Source: Terriglobia bacterium
GTDB taxonomy: Bacteria; Acidobacteriota; Polarisedimenticolia; Polarisedimenticolales; JAIQFR01
NCBI GenBank assembly: GCA_963748015.1
Contig: CAVVHE010000004.1
Span: 512,001-576,000 of the forward strand
DNA: 64,000 nt
Direction: 5' to 3'
The position numbers were made by a program, and so were the translations under genes. Under the pieces are notes generated by a model. That model ran no database searches, was not told the DNA's origin, and saw only the letters and a list, made by a program, of their open reading frames with translations. Of the stretch, positions 44,326 to 56,371 are shown piece by piece; positions within the stretch are counted from its first letter, which is position 1, and the number at the start of each line of letters is the position of its first letter.

Positions 44326-45090
44326 TCAGCCCTCTATATCCAGGACCAGACCATCGTACGCCAGCTCGACGCCGGACGGCAGCCCGGCCGAGACGCGGGT
44401 GTGGAGGAGATCGTGCGCGATGTGGGTGAGAAAGGTCCGGCGCGCCCCGACGAGCCGTGATTCCTCGATCGCCCGCGCGAGATGCATGTGGGTCGGGTGC
44501 GGATCCTCTCGGGGCGCCGCGAGGACCAGTGTGTCGAGATCGCGAAGCAGCGGGCGGGACGCCTCCGGGATCTCGCTCGCGTCGGTCAGGTAGGCGAGCC
44601 CTCCGATGCGGTATCCGAGGATCGGAAGCCTTCCGTGCAGCACGGGAACGGGAAGAACGGTGCGCCCGAGGAGCTCGAACGGTCCGTCCACGGCTCGCGG
44701 CGTGACCGCGGGCTTCCCCGCCCCCACCTGGACGTGCTCGAAGACGTACCAGAACGTCCGCGACAGGTCCCGAAGGGTCTCGGCGGACCCGTAGGCGGGA
44801 ATCGGCGCGTGCTGGATCCAGTTGAACACGCGCAGGTCGTCGAGTCCGAGGACGTGATCGGCGTGAGCGTGCGTGTAGAGCACGGCGTCGACGCGGCGAA
44901 TCCCGTGAGCGAGCGCCTGCTCCCTCAGGTCGGTCGAGGTGTCCACGAGGATGCTCGCGTCTCCCCACTCGATGCGGATCGATGGCCGGAGCCTCCGGTC
45001 GCGCGGATCCGGCGACCGGCACACCTCGCACCCGCACCCGATGACCGGCACCCCCGTCGACGTGCCGCTTCCCAAGAAAGTGACCTTCAT
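44326..45090 (-). CDS. MBL-fold metallo-hydrolase (PhnP-like)
   Basis: FLGSGTSTGVP..CGCEVC, THAHADH, YLTD, THIAH, AYDG. Confidence 0.9.
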   Translation of the reverse strand: MKVTFLGSGTSTGVPVIGCGCEVCRSPDPRDRRLRPSIRIEWGDASILVDTSTDLREQALAHGIRRVDAVLYTHAHADHVLGLDDLRVFNWIQHAPIPAYGSAETLRDLSRTFWYVFEHVQVGAGKPAVTPRAVDGPFELLGRTVLPVPVLHGRLPILGYRIGGLAYLTDASEIPEASRPLLRDLDTLVLAAPREDPHPTHMHLARAIEESRLVGARRTFLTHIAHDLLHTRVSAGLPSGVELAYDGLVLDIEG

Positions 45091-45155
45091 GCCGTCAGCA
45101 CTCCCTCGTTCTCGCCGCCCCACACTCGAATGTACCTCCCGGGGCACTCTACCTG

Positions 45156-45315
45156 CGTCCACGCGGCCGGCACGAGAGTACCCCTCCTGGGCCCTCTTTC
45201 GCCCGCGGAGGACCCACCGGACCGGAGCGGGCGAAAGCGGAGCGACCGAGGCCGACGCAACGTCGGCCGAGGGAGCGTGCCCAGGAGGGGTACTCTCGTG
45301 CCGGCCGCGTGGACG
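45156..45315 (-). repeat. three-way-junction palindromic element, copy 2
   Basis: Perfect 37-bp IR 45156-45192/45279-45315 enclosing two hairpins. Confidence 0.85.
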
Positions 45316-45333
45316 GGGCAGCGGGGGCTCGTA

Positions 45334-46434
45334 TCAGAGCTTCAGCCCGGAGCCGGTGAGGGCGACGACGAGGTCGCCGTAGCGCCGCCGCAGGACGTCT
45401 CCGAGGCGAAGGACGCAGGCGGCCGCCACCGCTCCCGTGCTCTCCACCGCGTACCCCTTGTGCCACAGGACCCGGCGCGCCCCAGCGATCTCGTCCTCGG
45501 TCACGGCCTCGACCGTGCCGCCGCTCTCCCTGACGGCGGTCAGGACCTCGGCCCCCCGCGGGGGAGCGCAGACCCTCACGCCGTCGGCCGCGGTGTCCGC
45601 CTCGGGCACCGGAGCGGGAGCCGGTGCGCCCGCGGCGAACGCGTGCGCGAGCGGCGCGCACGCCGCGGCCTGGACGGCGACGATCGCCGGCCGCCGGTCG
45701 ATCAGGCCGTGGCGCCTGAGCTCGCGGAATCCGAGGTCGAGGCCGAGAACCAGGCCGCCGTTGCCCGCCGGGACGATGACGGCACCGGGCGCCGCCCACC
45801 GCAGCGCCTCCGAGAGCGAGTACGCGAAGGTCTTGACCCCGTGGACGAAGAACGGGCTCCACGCATGGCTGGCGTAGAAGGCGCCTCCCGCGGCCTCCGC
45901 GAGAGCGGCGGCGGCGGCGCCGGCGCGCCCACCGGGGACGCGTATCACCTCGGCGCCCAGCTCCGCGGCGATCCTGGGCTTGACCGGCGGCGCGTCGTCC
46001 GGAAGGAGCAGCCGGGCCTTCAACCCGGCCCGCGCGGCGTGCGCGGCCAGCGCGATGCCCGCGTTGCCGCTGGTGTCGTCCACCAGGAGCGGCGCGTCAA
46101 GCGCCGCGGCGAGCGAAACGAGCAGCGAAGCGCCCCGGTCCTTGTAGGAGCCCGTGGGCGACACGTACTCGAGGGCGAGGTGGACCGGCGTGTCGCCGAG
46201 GACGTCGTCGACGACCGGCGCGACCCCCTCGCCGAGGGTGACGGGGGCCAGCTCGTCCGCGAGCGGGAGCGCCTCGCGGTACCTCCAGATGCCGAGGGGG
46301 CGGCGGGGGAGCGCATCGCGGTCGATCGGCTCGCTCTCGAAATCGAGGGCCAGAGGCGCCCCGCAGTCGCAGCGGAAACGGTCGAGAGTGATCGCGTGCC
46401 GGGCCCGGCACGTCGCGCACACGTAGCCGGTCAT
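45334..46434 (-). CDS. threonine synthase-like PLP enzyme
   Basis: CxxC..CDCG N-terminus, [31 protein letters not shown]. Confidence 0.82.
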   Translation of the reverse strand: MTGYVCATCRARHAITLDRFRCDCGAPLALDFESEPIDRDALPRRPLGIWRYREALPLADELAPVTLGEGVAPVVDDVLGDTPVHLALEYVSPTGSYKDRGASLLVSLAAALDAPLLVDDTSGNAGIALAAHAARAGLKARLLLPDDAPPVKPRIAAELGAEVIRVPGGRAGAAAAALAEAAGGAFYASHAWSPFFVHGVKTFAYSLSEALRWAAPGAVIVPAGNGGLVLGLDLGFRELRRHGLIDRRPAIVAVQAAACAPLAHAFAAGAPAPAPVPEADTAADGVRVCAPPRGAEVLTAVRESGGTVEAVTEDEIAGARRVLWHKGYAVESTGAVAAACVLRLGDVLRRRYGDLVVALTGSGLKL

Positions 46435-47153
46435 CGCGCGCCCCCCAAGGCGATCTCGCGAGCGATCTCGTCCGCGGCCGCCGCGGGGTCGGGAGCGCGG
46501 GTGATCGGCCGCCCGACCACGATCCGGTCGGCTCCGTCCGCCACCGCGCCCGCCGGGGTCGCGGTTCGCGCCTGGTCGTCGCCCGACGCGCCCGCGGGGC
46601 GGATCCCCGGGACCACGAGCGCGCCCGAAGGGAACTCGCGCCTGACGGCCGCGACCTCGAGAGGCGAGCACACGACGCCTCCCGCCCCGGCGTCCCGCGC
46701 GAGGGCCGCGAGCCTCAGGACCGCCGCCGAGGCGGGCCCCGCGAGGCCGAGGGCGGCGAGGTCCTCCTCTCCGTGACTCGTGAGGATCGTCACCGCGAGG
46801 ATCGTGGGAGGTACTACGCCCGCGGCCGCCGCCCCCTCGCGAGAGGCCTCGCAGGCCGCGCGCATCATCGCCGCCCCGCCGAGGGCGTGGACGGTCAGGA
46901 AGGAGACGCCTAGCCGCGCCGCGGCCCGGGCCGCCCCCGCCACCGTGTTCGGTATGTCGTGGAGCTTGAGATCGAGGAAGACGGGAAGCCCTTCGCCCCG
47001 AACGCTTTCCACGAGGGACGGGCCGCACGCGACGAAGGCCTCGAGACCGACCTTGAACCCTCCGACGCGACCCGCGAGGGCGCGGGCGAGCGCGAGCACC
47101 CGGGCGGGGTCGGGCGTGTCCAGGGCCACGAGAATCCTCTCGCGCGGCGTCAT
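46431..47153 (-). CDS. pyrF: orotidine-5'-phosphate decarboxylase
   Basis: [30 protein letters not shown]. Confidence 0.96.
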   Translation of the reverse strand: MTPRERILVALDTPDPARVLALARALAGRVGGFKVGLEAFVACGPSLVESVRGEGLPVFLDLKLHDIPNTVAGAARAAARLGVSFLTVHALGGAAMMRAACEASREGAAAAGVVPPTILAVTILTSHGEEDLAALGLAGPASAAVLRLAALARDAGAGGVVCSPLEVAAVRREFPSGALVVPGIRPAGASGDDQARTATPAGAVADGADRIVVGRPITRAPDPAAAADEIAREIALGGAR

Positions 47154-48082
47154 CGCTCCTCCTCCCTTCCCGTGCGCAGCGTCCCGACGAGTTCTCGAAC
47201 CGTCTCGATGCCGCGCTCGGAGAGATACTCCGCGAGGCCCCGCGCCACGCGGACCGCGGCGTCCGGGTGGATGAAGTTGGCGGTGCCGACCTGGACGGCG
47301 GTCGCCCCGGCGAGGACGAACTCCAGCGCGTCGCGCGCCGTCATGATCCCGCCCATTCCGATCACGGGGATGCGAACCGCGCGCGAGACCTGCCAGGTCG
47401 CCCAGACCGCGAGCGGCCGGATCGCGGGTCCGGAGAGCCCCCCGGAGACGTTGGCCAGCACGGGCCGCCGCCGGTCCACGTCCACCGCCATGCCGACGTA
47501 GGTGTTGACGAGCGAGACTGCATCCGCGCCCTGGGCCTCGGCCGCGCGAGCCGTCTCGCGGATGTCGGTGACGTTGGGGGACAGCTTCACGATGAGCGGG
47601 AGGCGGGTGGATTCGCGGCAGGCCCGCGTGACGCGGGCGAGCGCCGCGGGATCGCTGCCGAACGCCATCCCTCCCGCCTCCACGTTGGGGCAGGAGACGT
47701 TGAGCTCGATCGCGGCCACGCCCTGCGCGCCGTCGATCTTCTCGCAGACCTCGACGTACTCCGCGATCGTCTCGCCGAACACGTTGGCGACGACCGCGAC
47801 GTCGTGCTTTCGAAGCGCGGGGAGCTTCTCGGCGATGAACGCGTCCACGCCCACGTTCTGGAGGCCGATCGCGTTGAGCATCCCCGCGGGGGTCTCGACG
47901 ATTCGCTCGGGGCGGTTGCCCGGGCGCGGCCTGGGGGAGAGCCCCTTCACGACGATGCCTCCGAGGTCGGAGAGCTCGAGGAAGGGGAGGAACTCGAGAC
48001 CGTAGCCGAAGGTCCCCGACGCGGTGAGGACCGGGTTCTTGAGCTCGAGCGGCCCGATCGCGACGGAAAGGTCCGGCGTCAC
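47150..48082 (-). CDS. pyrD: dihydroorotate dehydrogenase 1B, catalytic subunit
   Basis: [36 protein letters not shown]. Confidence 0.96.
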   Translation of the reverse strand: MTPDLSVAIGPLELKNPVLTASGTFGYGLEFLPFLELSDLGGIVVKGLSPRPRPGNRPERIVETPAGMLNAIGLQNVGVDAFIAEKLPALRKHDVAVVANVFGETIAEYVEVCEKIDGAQGVAAIELNVSCPNVEAGGMAFGSDPAALARVTRACRESTRLPLIVKLSPNVTDIRETARAAEAQGADAVSLVNTYVGMAVDVDRRRPVLANVSGGLSGPAIRPLAVWATWQVSRAVRIPVIGMGGIMTARDALEFVLAGATAVQVGTANFIHPDAAVRVARGLAEYLSERGIETVRELVGTLRTGREEER

Positions 48083-48885
48083 CACGCGAGCTTCTCCGCG
48101 GGCATCACCGGTCCTTCGACGCACACCCGCTCGAAGACCGCTCCCTCGCCGCAGGCGGCGTGCGTCGGGACCACGCACCCGAGACAGACCCCGAAGCCGC
48201 AGGCCATGTGGGCCTCGAGGGAGAGGTCGCACGGGATCTCGCGCGCTCTCGCGAGCGCGCTCACGGCCTTGAGCATGGGGTTGGGGCCGCAGGCGAAGAT
48301 CTTCACCGGGGCGGAGCCGCCGAGCAGCTCCTCGAGCGGTGCCGTCACGAGACCGCGCCGTCCGGCGCTCCCGTCCTCGGTCGCGACCACGACGGCGTCG
48401 CAGCGCTCTCGGAACCAGTCGAGGAGGGGGAGATCGCCCGCGGTACGGGCGCCGTAGACCAGCGTGCAAGCCAGTCCGCGCGCGCCGAGCGCGGCCGCGA
48501 GCGCTGGAAACGGGGCCGAGCCGATCCCTCCCGCGACGAGCAGCGGCCGGACCCCCGGCGCGAGATCGAGGTCGAAACCGCGCCCCAACGGGCCGAGCGC
48601 CGTGAGCGGCGCTCCCGGCTTGAGGGACGACATCAGGGCCGTGCCCCGGCCGACGACCTTGTAGAGCACCTGGACGCTCCCGTCCGGCGAGCCGGGGAAG
48701 GTGCCGGGGAGGCCGCAGACGCTGAACGGGCGGCGGAGGAGGACCTCGGCTCCCGGGATCCCGATCATGAAGAACTGCCCGGGGGTCATCCCGGACGCGG
48801 CGGCGGGGGCGAGGAACTCCAGGAGGAAATGGCCACGGCCGAGGTCGAGGTTGCTGGCGACGACCGTGGCGATGTCCTGTGGCAT
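48079..48885 (-). CDS. pyrK: dihydroorotate dehydrogenase electron transfer subunit
   Basis: [35 protein letters not shown]. Confidence 0.94.
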   Translation of the reverse strand: MPQDIATVVASNLDLGRGHFLLEFLAPAAASGMTPGQFFMIGIPGAEVLLRRPFSVCGLPGTFPGSPDGSVQVLYKVVGRGTALMSSLKPGAPLTALGPLGRGFDLDLAPGVRPLLVAGGIGSAPFPALAAALGARGLACTLVYGARTAGDLPLLDWFRERCDAVVVATEDGSAGRRGLVTAPLEELLGGSAPVKIFACGPNPMLKAVSALARAREIPCDLSLEAHMACGFGVCLGCVVPTHAACGEGAVFERVCVEGPVMPAEKLAW

Positions 48886-48907
48886 CCGTTTTCCCCGTGA
48901 AACGCGA

Positions 48908-48936
48908 AGCATAGACAAACGCGCGATGTCGGTCAA
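48908..48936 (-). promoter_or_regulatory. sigma70-type promoter of the pyrK operon
   Basis: Minus strand TTGACC-N17-TATGCT. Confidence 0.55.
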
Positions 48937-48938
48937 CG

Positions 48939-49027
48939 CCGAGGCGGGCGGACGAGACGGATCCGGTTCTCGCCGACCCGAGAAAGGGTCGTCTACGAAC
49001 CGGATCCGTCTCGTCCGCCCGCCTCGG
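48939..49027. repeat. long perfect inverted repeat between the divergent pyr promoters
   Basis: 31-bp IR 48939-48969/48997-49027; small inner hairpin CGACCC-gagaaa-GGGTCG. Confidence 0.85.
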
Positions 49028-49082
49028 GACGCAGGCCGGCGCGGGCGAGCGATTCTTGACACCCCCGGGTACGGGCCACTAG

Positions 49083-50642
<1,560 letters not shown>

Positions 50643-50659
<17 letters not shown>

Positions 50660-51917
50660 GAACGGCCGGGTCGTGGATCCCGCCGCGGGACTGGACGACG
50701 CGCTGGACGTCCTGGTGGAGGACGGCAAGGTTTCCCGAATCGGGACGAGGATCCCCGCGCGCGGGGCCGAGGTGCTCGATCTGAGCGGGCTCGTGGTCTG
50801 CCCGGGTTTCATCGACCTGCACGTCCACCTGCGGGAGCCGGGACAAGAGTGGAAGGAGACGGTCGCGACCGGGACCGCGGCCGCGGCGGCGGGAGGGTTC
50901 ACCGGCGTCGCCTGCATGCCGAATACCGTCCCGCCGAACGACAACCGTTCGGTGACCGAGTTCATCGTCTCCCAGGCGAACGGCGCCGCGGCCCGCGTCT
51001 ACCCGATCGGATGCGTGAGCAAGGGGCAGAAGGGCGAGGAACTGGCCGAGATGGGGGACATGGTCGCCGCCGGCGCCCGCGCGTTCTCCGACGACGGCCG
51101 CCCGGTCGTCTCGAGCGTCCTCATGCGCCGCGCCCTGGAGTACTCGAGGATCTTCGACGTTCCGATCATCGACCACTGCGAGGATCCGTCCCTCGTCTCC
51201 GGAGGGGTCGTTCACGAGGGCGAGACATCGACCCGCCTCGGCCTCAAGGGATGGCCGGGGGTCGCCGAGGATCTGATGATCCAGCGCGACCTCCTGCTGG
51301 CCGAGTACACCGGAGGCCACGTCCACATCGCCCACCTGTCCACCGCGCGCGGGGCCGAGTTCGTGCGGCGCGCCAAGAAGGCGACGCTCCCGGTGACGTG
51401 CGAGGTCACGCCGCACCACCTCGTCCTCACGGATGCGGCGGTGGCCGACTTCGACACCAACGCCAAGATGAACCCCCCGCTCCGGGCCGAGACAGACCGG
51501 CGCGCGCTGCTTCGCGCCCTCGCCGACGGGACGGTGGACGCGATCGCGACCGACCACGCGCCGCACCACGTGGACGAGAAGACGGTGGAGTTCTCCCGCG
51601 CGCCGTTCGGCATCGTGGGTCTCGAGACCGCCGTCCCGATCTGCCTGGACAAGCTGGTGCGGGGGGGCGTCATCGGCCTCTCGAGGCTCGTGGAGCTGCT
51701 CGCCTCCGGGCCGGCGAGGATCCTGAGGATCGATCGCGGGACGCTGCGGCCGGGCGCCGACGCCGACGTGACCGTGCTGGACCTCGAGCGGCGGGTCGTC
51801 GTCGACCCCGCGAAGTTCCGCTCGAAGAGCCGGAACACCCCGTTCGCCGGGTGGAGCCTGCGGGGAGCCGCGGTGATGACGCTGGTCGGCGGCAGGATCG
51901 TCCACGACGCAAGGTGA
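50643..51917 (+). CDS. pyrC: dihydroorotase
   Basis: [28 protein letters not shown]. Confidence 0.96.
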
Positions 51918-52801
51918 TGCAGGCGAAGCCCCGGCGGGTTCTGGTCGTCGCCAATCCCGCCGCGGGTCTGAGGCGGGGACGGGACGCCGGCGAGGTCGCC
52001 GCGCGTGCCGTGCGCCGCGCGGGTGCGGCTCTCGAGCTGGCGCGGACCCGGGGACCGGGAGACGCGAGGATCCTGGCGGCGGAGGCGGCCGCGGCCGGGT
52101 TCGACATGGTGCTCGCGGCGGGAGGGGACGGCACCGCCCACGAGGTGGCCAACGGGATCGCCGGCACGCGGGTCGTGCTCGCCGTCGCGCCGGCCGGCAC
52201 GATGAACCTGCTCGCGCGCGTCCTCCGCGTTCCTCTCGATCCGGGACTCGCGGCGGAGGTCGCGGTCCTCGGCGGGCGGAGGCTGGTCACGAAGCCGGGC
52301 CGGGCCGGGGAGACGCTGTTCCTGCTCATGGCCGGCGTGGGGTTCGACGCGTGGGTCCTGCGCGAGCTGCTCGCCGGCAGGCGGGGGAAGATCAGGTTCC
52401 GGGACTACGTCCTCGGCGGCCTTCGCGGCCTCGGGACCTATCCGTTTCCCCGGATCCGTTTCGAGATGCCGGGGGAGACGGTCGAGGCCCGGGCGGCGAT
52501 CGTCGGACGCGCACCGCTGTACGGAGGGTTCCTCCGACCGACCCCGCGAGCCTCGCTCGAGCGCGACGTCCTCGACGCCTGCCTGCTCGGGGCACGATCG
52601 GCGGGAGAGCTCCTCCGCCTGCTGCCCGCGCTCTGGTCCGGGGCCCACGTCGGCCGTTCCGGGGTGTCCGACCGCCTCGTGACCCGGCTTCGCGCGAGCT
52701 CGGACCACGAGGACGTTCCGGTCCAGCTCGACGGAGAGCCGGCCGGCAAGCTGCCCGTAGAATTCTCCCTTTCGGAGCGGGCCCTGACGCTGGCCTGCTG
52801 A
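51917..52801 (+). CDS. diacylglycerol/lipid kinase family protein
   Basis: VANPAAG, GGDGT..EV.NG, PAGTMN, GVGFDA, QLDGE. Confidence 0.88.
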   Translation: MQAKPRRVLVVANPAAGLRRGRDAGEVAARAVRRAGAALELARTRGPGDARILAAEAAAAGFDMVLAAGGDGTAHEVANGIAGTRVVLAVAPAGTMNLLARVLRVPLDPGLAAEVAVLGGRRLVTKPGRAGETLFLLMAGVGFDAWVLRELLAGRRGKIRFRDYVLGGLRGLGTYPFPRIRFEMPGETVEARAAIVGRAPLYGGFLRPTPRASLERDVLDACLLGARSAGELLRLLPALWSGAHVGRSGVSDRLVTRLRASSDHEDVPVQLDGEPAGKLPVEFSLSERALTLAC

Positions 52802-52927
52802 AGAGCAGTTGACACGGCGCGGACATTCTGCTTTTTCTTTCGTCACTCCGGCGCCGTGCGGAAGTGGGCGGGAATTTCCCCGCCGGAGCGTGGAGAGCAC
52901 GGGGCTGCGCGCCCTCGCGAGGTTGCC

Positions 52928-53830
52928 ATGACGTCATCGGCCAGAGAAACCGTCTTCGAGACCCATCTTCCCGGCGTCGCGCTGAGAGGACGGGGAAAGG
53001 TCCGCGACATCTACGATCTGGGCGACGCGCTGCTGATCGTGGCGACCGACCGCCTCTCCGCCTTCGACTACGTGCTGCCGAATCCGATCCCGGACAAGGG
53101 ACGGGTCCTGAACCAGGTTTCCCTGTTCTGGTTCGAGAAGACCGCCGGGGTGATCCCGAACCACGTGATCACCGCCGACCCCGCCGCGTTCCCCGAGCCG
53201 CTCCGGCCGCACGCCCGCACGCTGGCCGGCCGCTCGACGCTGGTGCGCAAGCTCGACATGGTTCCCGTGGAGTGCGTCGCCCGGGGCTACCTGGCCGGGT
53301 CGGGGTGGAAGGAGTATCGCGAGAACGGCACGGTCTGCGGGATCCCGCTTCCGCCCGGGCTCCGCGAGTCGGACCGCCTGGCGGAGCCGATCTTCACGCC
53401 GGCCACCAAGGCCGAGAGCGGCCACGACGAGAACATCCCGTTCGCCGAGGTCGAGCGACTCGTGGGGCGCGACCTCGCGCGCGACCTGCGGGACCGGACG
53501 CTCGAGATCTACCGCTCGGCGGCGGCCTACGCGATCGAGCGCGGCATCATCATCGCGGACACGAAGTTCGAGTTCGGCCTCGCCGGCGGCAAGCTCGTGC
53601 TCGCCGACGAGATGCTGACCCCCGATTCCTCCCGCTTCTGGCCGGCGTCCACCTACGCGCCGGGACGCGCGCAGCCGTCGCTCGACAAGCAGTTCGTGAG
53701 GGACTATCTCGAGTCCATCGGCTGGGACAAGCAGCCGCCGGTTCCCGAGCTGCCGCCGCACGTCGTGACCGGCCTTCGCGAGCGTTACCTCGAGATCTTC
53801 CGGATCCTGACGGGCCGCGACCTAGCCTGA
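52928..53830 (+). CDS. purC: SAICAR synthase
   Basis: RGKVRDIY, TDRLSAFD, ECVARGYL, ADTKFEFG, TPDSSRFW. Confidence 0.97.
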   Translation: MTSSARETVFETHLPGVALRGRGKVRDIYDLGDALLIVATDRLSAFDYVLPNPIPDKGRVLNQVSLFWFEKTAGVIPNHVITADPAAFPEPLRPHARTLAGRSTLVRKLDMVPVECVARGYLAGSGWKEYRENGTVCGIPLPPGLRESDRLAEPIFTPATKAESGHDENIPFAEVERLVGRDLARDLRDRTLEIYRSAAAYAIERGIIIADTKFEFGLAGGKLVLADEMLTPDSSRFWPASTYAPGRAQPSLDKQFVRDYLESIGWDKQPPVPELPPHVVTGLRERYLEIFRILTGRDLA

Positions 53831-53854
53831 CTAGTCTCTCGCCTCATGTCGGGG

Positions 53855-54013
53855 CGCGCGTCCAGGGGGGGCGGGCCATCCCTCCCCGGGCACGCTCGCC
53901 GTTCTGCGATTCGCCGCAGCGGCTCGCTCCGTTCCGTTCGCGCCTGCCAAGGAAGAGCAGGCGCGAACTCCACAGGGCCCGGGGAGGGACGGCCCGCCCC
54001 CCCTGGACGCGCG
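53855..54013 (+). repeat. three-way-junction palindromic element, copy 3
   Basis: 37-bp IR with 1 mismatch, 53855-53891/53977-54013, enclosing two hairpins. Confidence 0.85.
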
Positions 54014-54036
54014 GGTGCGGAGATCGAACGGGTCGC

Positions 54037-55101
54037 CTAGGCCAGCGACGCGAGATCGGCGAAGGCGGCGCGGGCGGTCTCGAAGGCGGCGAGATCGACG
54101 GGTGCCGCGGGGTAGCGCGCGGCGGTCCGGCGGACGGAGTCGGCCGCGGCTTCGAGGCGCGCGGCGAAGGCGGGATCCGCCGCCGCCGCGCTCGCCAGGG
54201 CGTCGCGCGCGCGACAGGCACGGTCGAGGTCCTTGCAGTAGAGCAGGAGGTCACAGCCCGCGGCGATCGCCGCGACCGCCGCGCGTCCGTCGGGATCGAG
54301 CGGCGCGACCGCCCCCATCTCCATGTCGTCGGTCACGACGAGTCCCGCATAGCCGAGCCGTTCCCGGAGCCAGCCGGTGACGATCGGCGGCGAGAGCGTC
54401 GCGGGTCGTCCGGGGAGCGGATCGAGGTCGGGATAGGAGCCGTGCCCGACCATCACCGAAGCCGCGCGGGGCCCGAGCCGGCGGTAGGGGAGGAGATCCC
54501 GGCCGAGGAGCGAGTCCGGGTCGCACCGGAACACGGGGAGAGCCTCGTGGGGGTCCACCGTCGTGTTGCCGATCCCCGGGAAGTGCTTGATGCAACCGGC
54601 GATCCCCGTTTCCTGGAGCCCATCGAGAAAGACGCCGGCGAGGTGTGCGACCCGCTCGGGGTCGGTCCCGAAAGCCCGGTCGCCGATGGCGCCCGGCGAG
54701 CCGGGCTCGCCGAGATCCACGACCGGAGCGAAATCGAAGTTGAAGCCCAGCGACCGCAGCGCGCTCCCCGTGGCGAGTGCCGCGGCGCGCGTCGCCGCCT
54801 CGCCGCGCGCGGAAAGGGCGGCGGCGCTCGGAGCGGGACCGATCCACGGCCGGAGGCGGCTGACGCGTCCGCCCTCCTGGTCGAGTGCGAGGATGTGCGG
54901 GGCGGGGAGTTGCGGCCCGAGGGCCGCGACGAGCGCGACGAGATCCGAGGGGCGGTCGAGATTCCTCGCGAACAGGATCACGCCCGCGGGGCGCAGGTGG
55001 CGGAGCGCCTCCGTGCTCTCCCGTTCCAGGAACGGGGACGGTAGCCCCACCACGAGGACCCGCCCTGCGAGAACGCCCCAATCGTTCGTCGTCCGGATCA
55101 T
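54037..55101 (-). CDS. nagZ: GH3 beta-N-acetylhexosaminidase
   Basis: VILFARN, DQEGGRVSR, APVVD, KHFPG, TDDMEM. Confidence 0.88.
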   Translation of the reverse strand: MIRTTNDWGVLAGRVLVVGLPSPFLERESTEALRHLRPAGVILFARNLDRPSDLVALVAALGPQLPAPHILALDQEGGRVSRLRPWIGPAPSAAALSARGEAATRAAALATGSALRSLGFNFDFAPVVDLGEPGSPGAIGDRAFGTDPERVAHLAGVFLDGLQETGIAGCIKHFPGIGNTTVDPHEALPVFRCDPDSLLGRDLLPYRRLGPRAASVMVGHGSYPDLDPLPGRPATLSPPIVTGWLRERLGYAGLVVTDDMEMGAVAPLDPDGRAAVAAIAAGCDLLLYCKDLDRACRARDALASAAAADPAFAARLEAAADSVRRTAARYPAAPVDLAAFETARAAFADLASLA

Positions 55102-55423
55102 CCGTCCTCCACGCTCCGCGGCATCCTACGAGCTTCCGGAGCCTCGTGACAAGGGACCACGTCTCCGTAATCTCGATGACGATTTCGTAATTGCCGCTCC
55201 TTTCCATCGCCTCGTGCCGCGCGACCGGCACGGTGCGGTTCACGGCACGCATCGTGCAGAACTACCAGGGGCGATCCGTTGACGAGCACTGGGTCGCATG
55301 ATAAGTTTTCGCCTCGGCGGATCGGGAATCGGCGTGTTGCCGGGGCTAGTAGGGCACCACCTCCTCGTGGTCGTGGGCAAGGGTCACGTCCGGAAAGGTG
55401 ACTCGCCCAGGAGGAAAACTGGC

Positions 55424-56311
55424 ATGCCGCGAAAGTTCTACACGATCTTCATCCTGCCGCACGCGCACGCCCGTTTTCGCAAGATCCACGTGTCGCGGAA
55501 TTTCCTGCTGATCCTCGCGGGCATCGTCGCCGTAGCGATCGTGGCCGGCGCGACGACCCCGCACCTGTTCCTTTCCATCCACGCCCGCACGCAGGCGATC
55601 GCGAGCCTTCAGGCCGAGAATCGGAAGCTCAAGGCCGAGAACGGCCGCTTCGAGGCGTCGCTCGCCCAGCTCGGCGCCCAGATCAACGCGTTCGAGACGG
55701 GCGTGCGCCGGCTCGCGTCGGCTGTCGGGATCAAGGACCTTCCGAGCCTCCACCCCTCGTCGGGAGGCGGGATGTTCGGGAAGAGCCCGACGGCCGGACA
55801 GAATGCGATGCTCGACGAGGAGCTGCGGGCGCTGAAGTCTCGCGCGGTGTCCCTCGACTCGTCGCTCGACCAACTCAACCAGAAGTGGGAGGAGAGGCTC
55901 CGGCTCCTCGCGTCCACCCCGCTCGGACTCCCCGTTTCGGGGGGCTTCTCGGACGGCTTCGGGTGGAGGAAAGATCCGTTCACCGGGCAGCCCGAGTTCC
56001 ACACCGGCCTCGACGTCGTCGCCCCGTCCGGAACGGTCGTTCGTGCGACGGCAGACGGAGTCGTGACCCGGGTCGGCCGGGAAAGCGGTTACGGCAAAAT
56101 GGTCCAGCTGTCCCACGGGTACGGCCTCGGAACGCTCTACGGCCACCTCTCGGTGACTCGGGTGAAGCCAGGGCAGCGCGTCCGTCGAGGCGACGAGATC
56201 GGCCGGGTGGGTTCCACCGGGAGGTCCACCGGGCCTCACGTCCACTACGAGGTCGTCAAGGGCGGCCACCGGGTGGACCCCCGGAAGTACACCTCCGATT
56301 CGCGTTTCTGA
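55424..56311 (+). CDS. M23 family peptidase with N-terminal TM and coiled coil
   Basis: FHTGLD, YGHLS, STGRSTGPHVHYEV; AGGAGG RBS. Confidence 0.92.
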   Translation: MPRKFYTIFILPHAHARFRKIHVSRNFLLILAGIVAVAIVAGATTPHLFLSIHARTQAIASLQAENRKLKAENGRFEASLAQLGAQINAFETGVRRLASAVGIKDLPSLHPSSGGGMFGKSPTAGQNAMLDEELRALKSRAVSLDSSLDQLNQKWEERLRLLASTPLGLPVSGGFSDGFGWRKDPFTGQPEFHTGLDVVAPSGTVVRATADGVVTRVGRESGYGKMVQLSHGYGLGTLYGHLSVTRVKPGQRVRRGDEIGRVGSTGRSTGPHVHYEVVKGGHRVDPRKYTSDSRF

Positions 56312-56371
56312 TTCTCCTTCCGGCTCCTTTCCCGCCCGCGCGGCCGCGCCCCGCGTGATAATCTCGGATCG

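Noticed and set aside
52802..52927. Possible PRPP, ZTP or purine riboswitch upstream of purC
   Set aside because: GC-rich hairpins are present, but I could not match the conserved cores of these riboswitch classes
55376..55410. Hairpin with GGAAAG in the M23 leader as a c-di-GMP or c-di-AMP riboswitch
   Set aside because: Only one stem; the other consensus elements are missing
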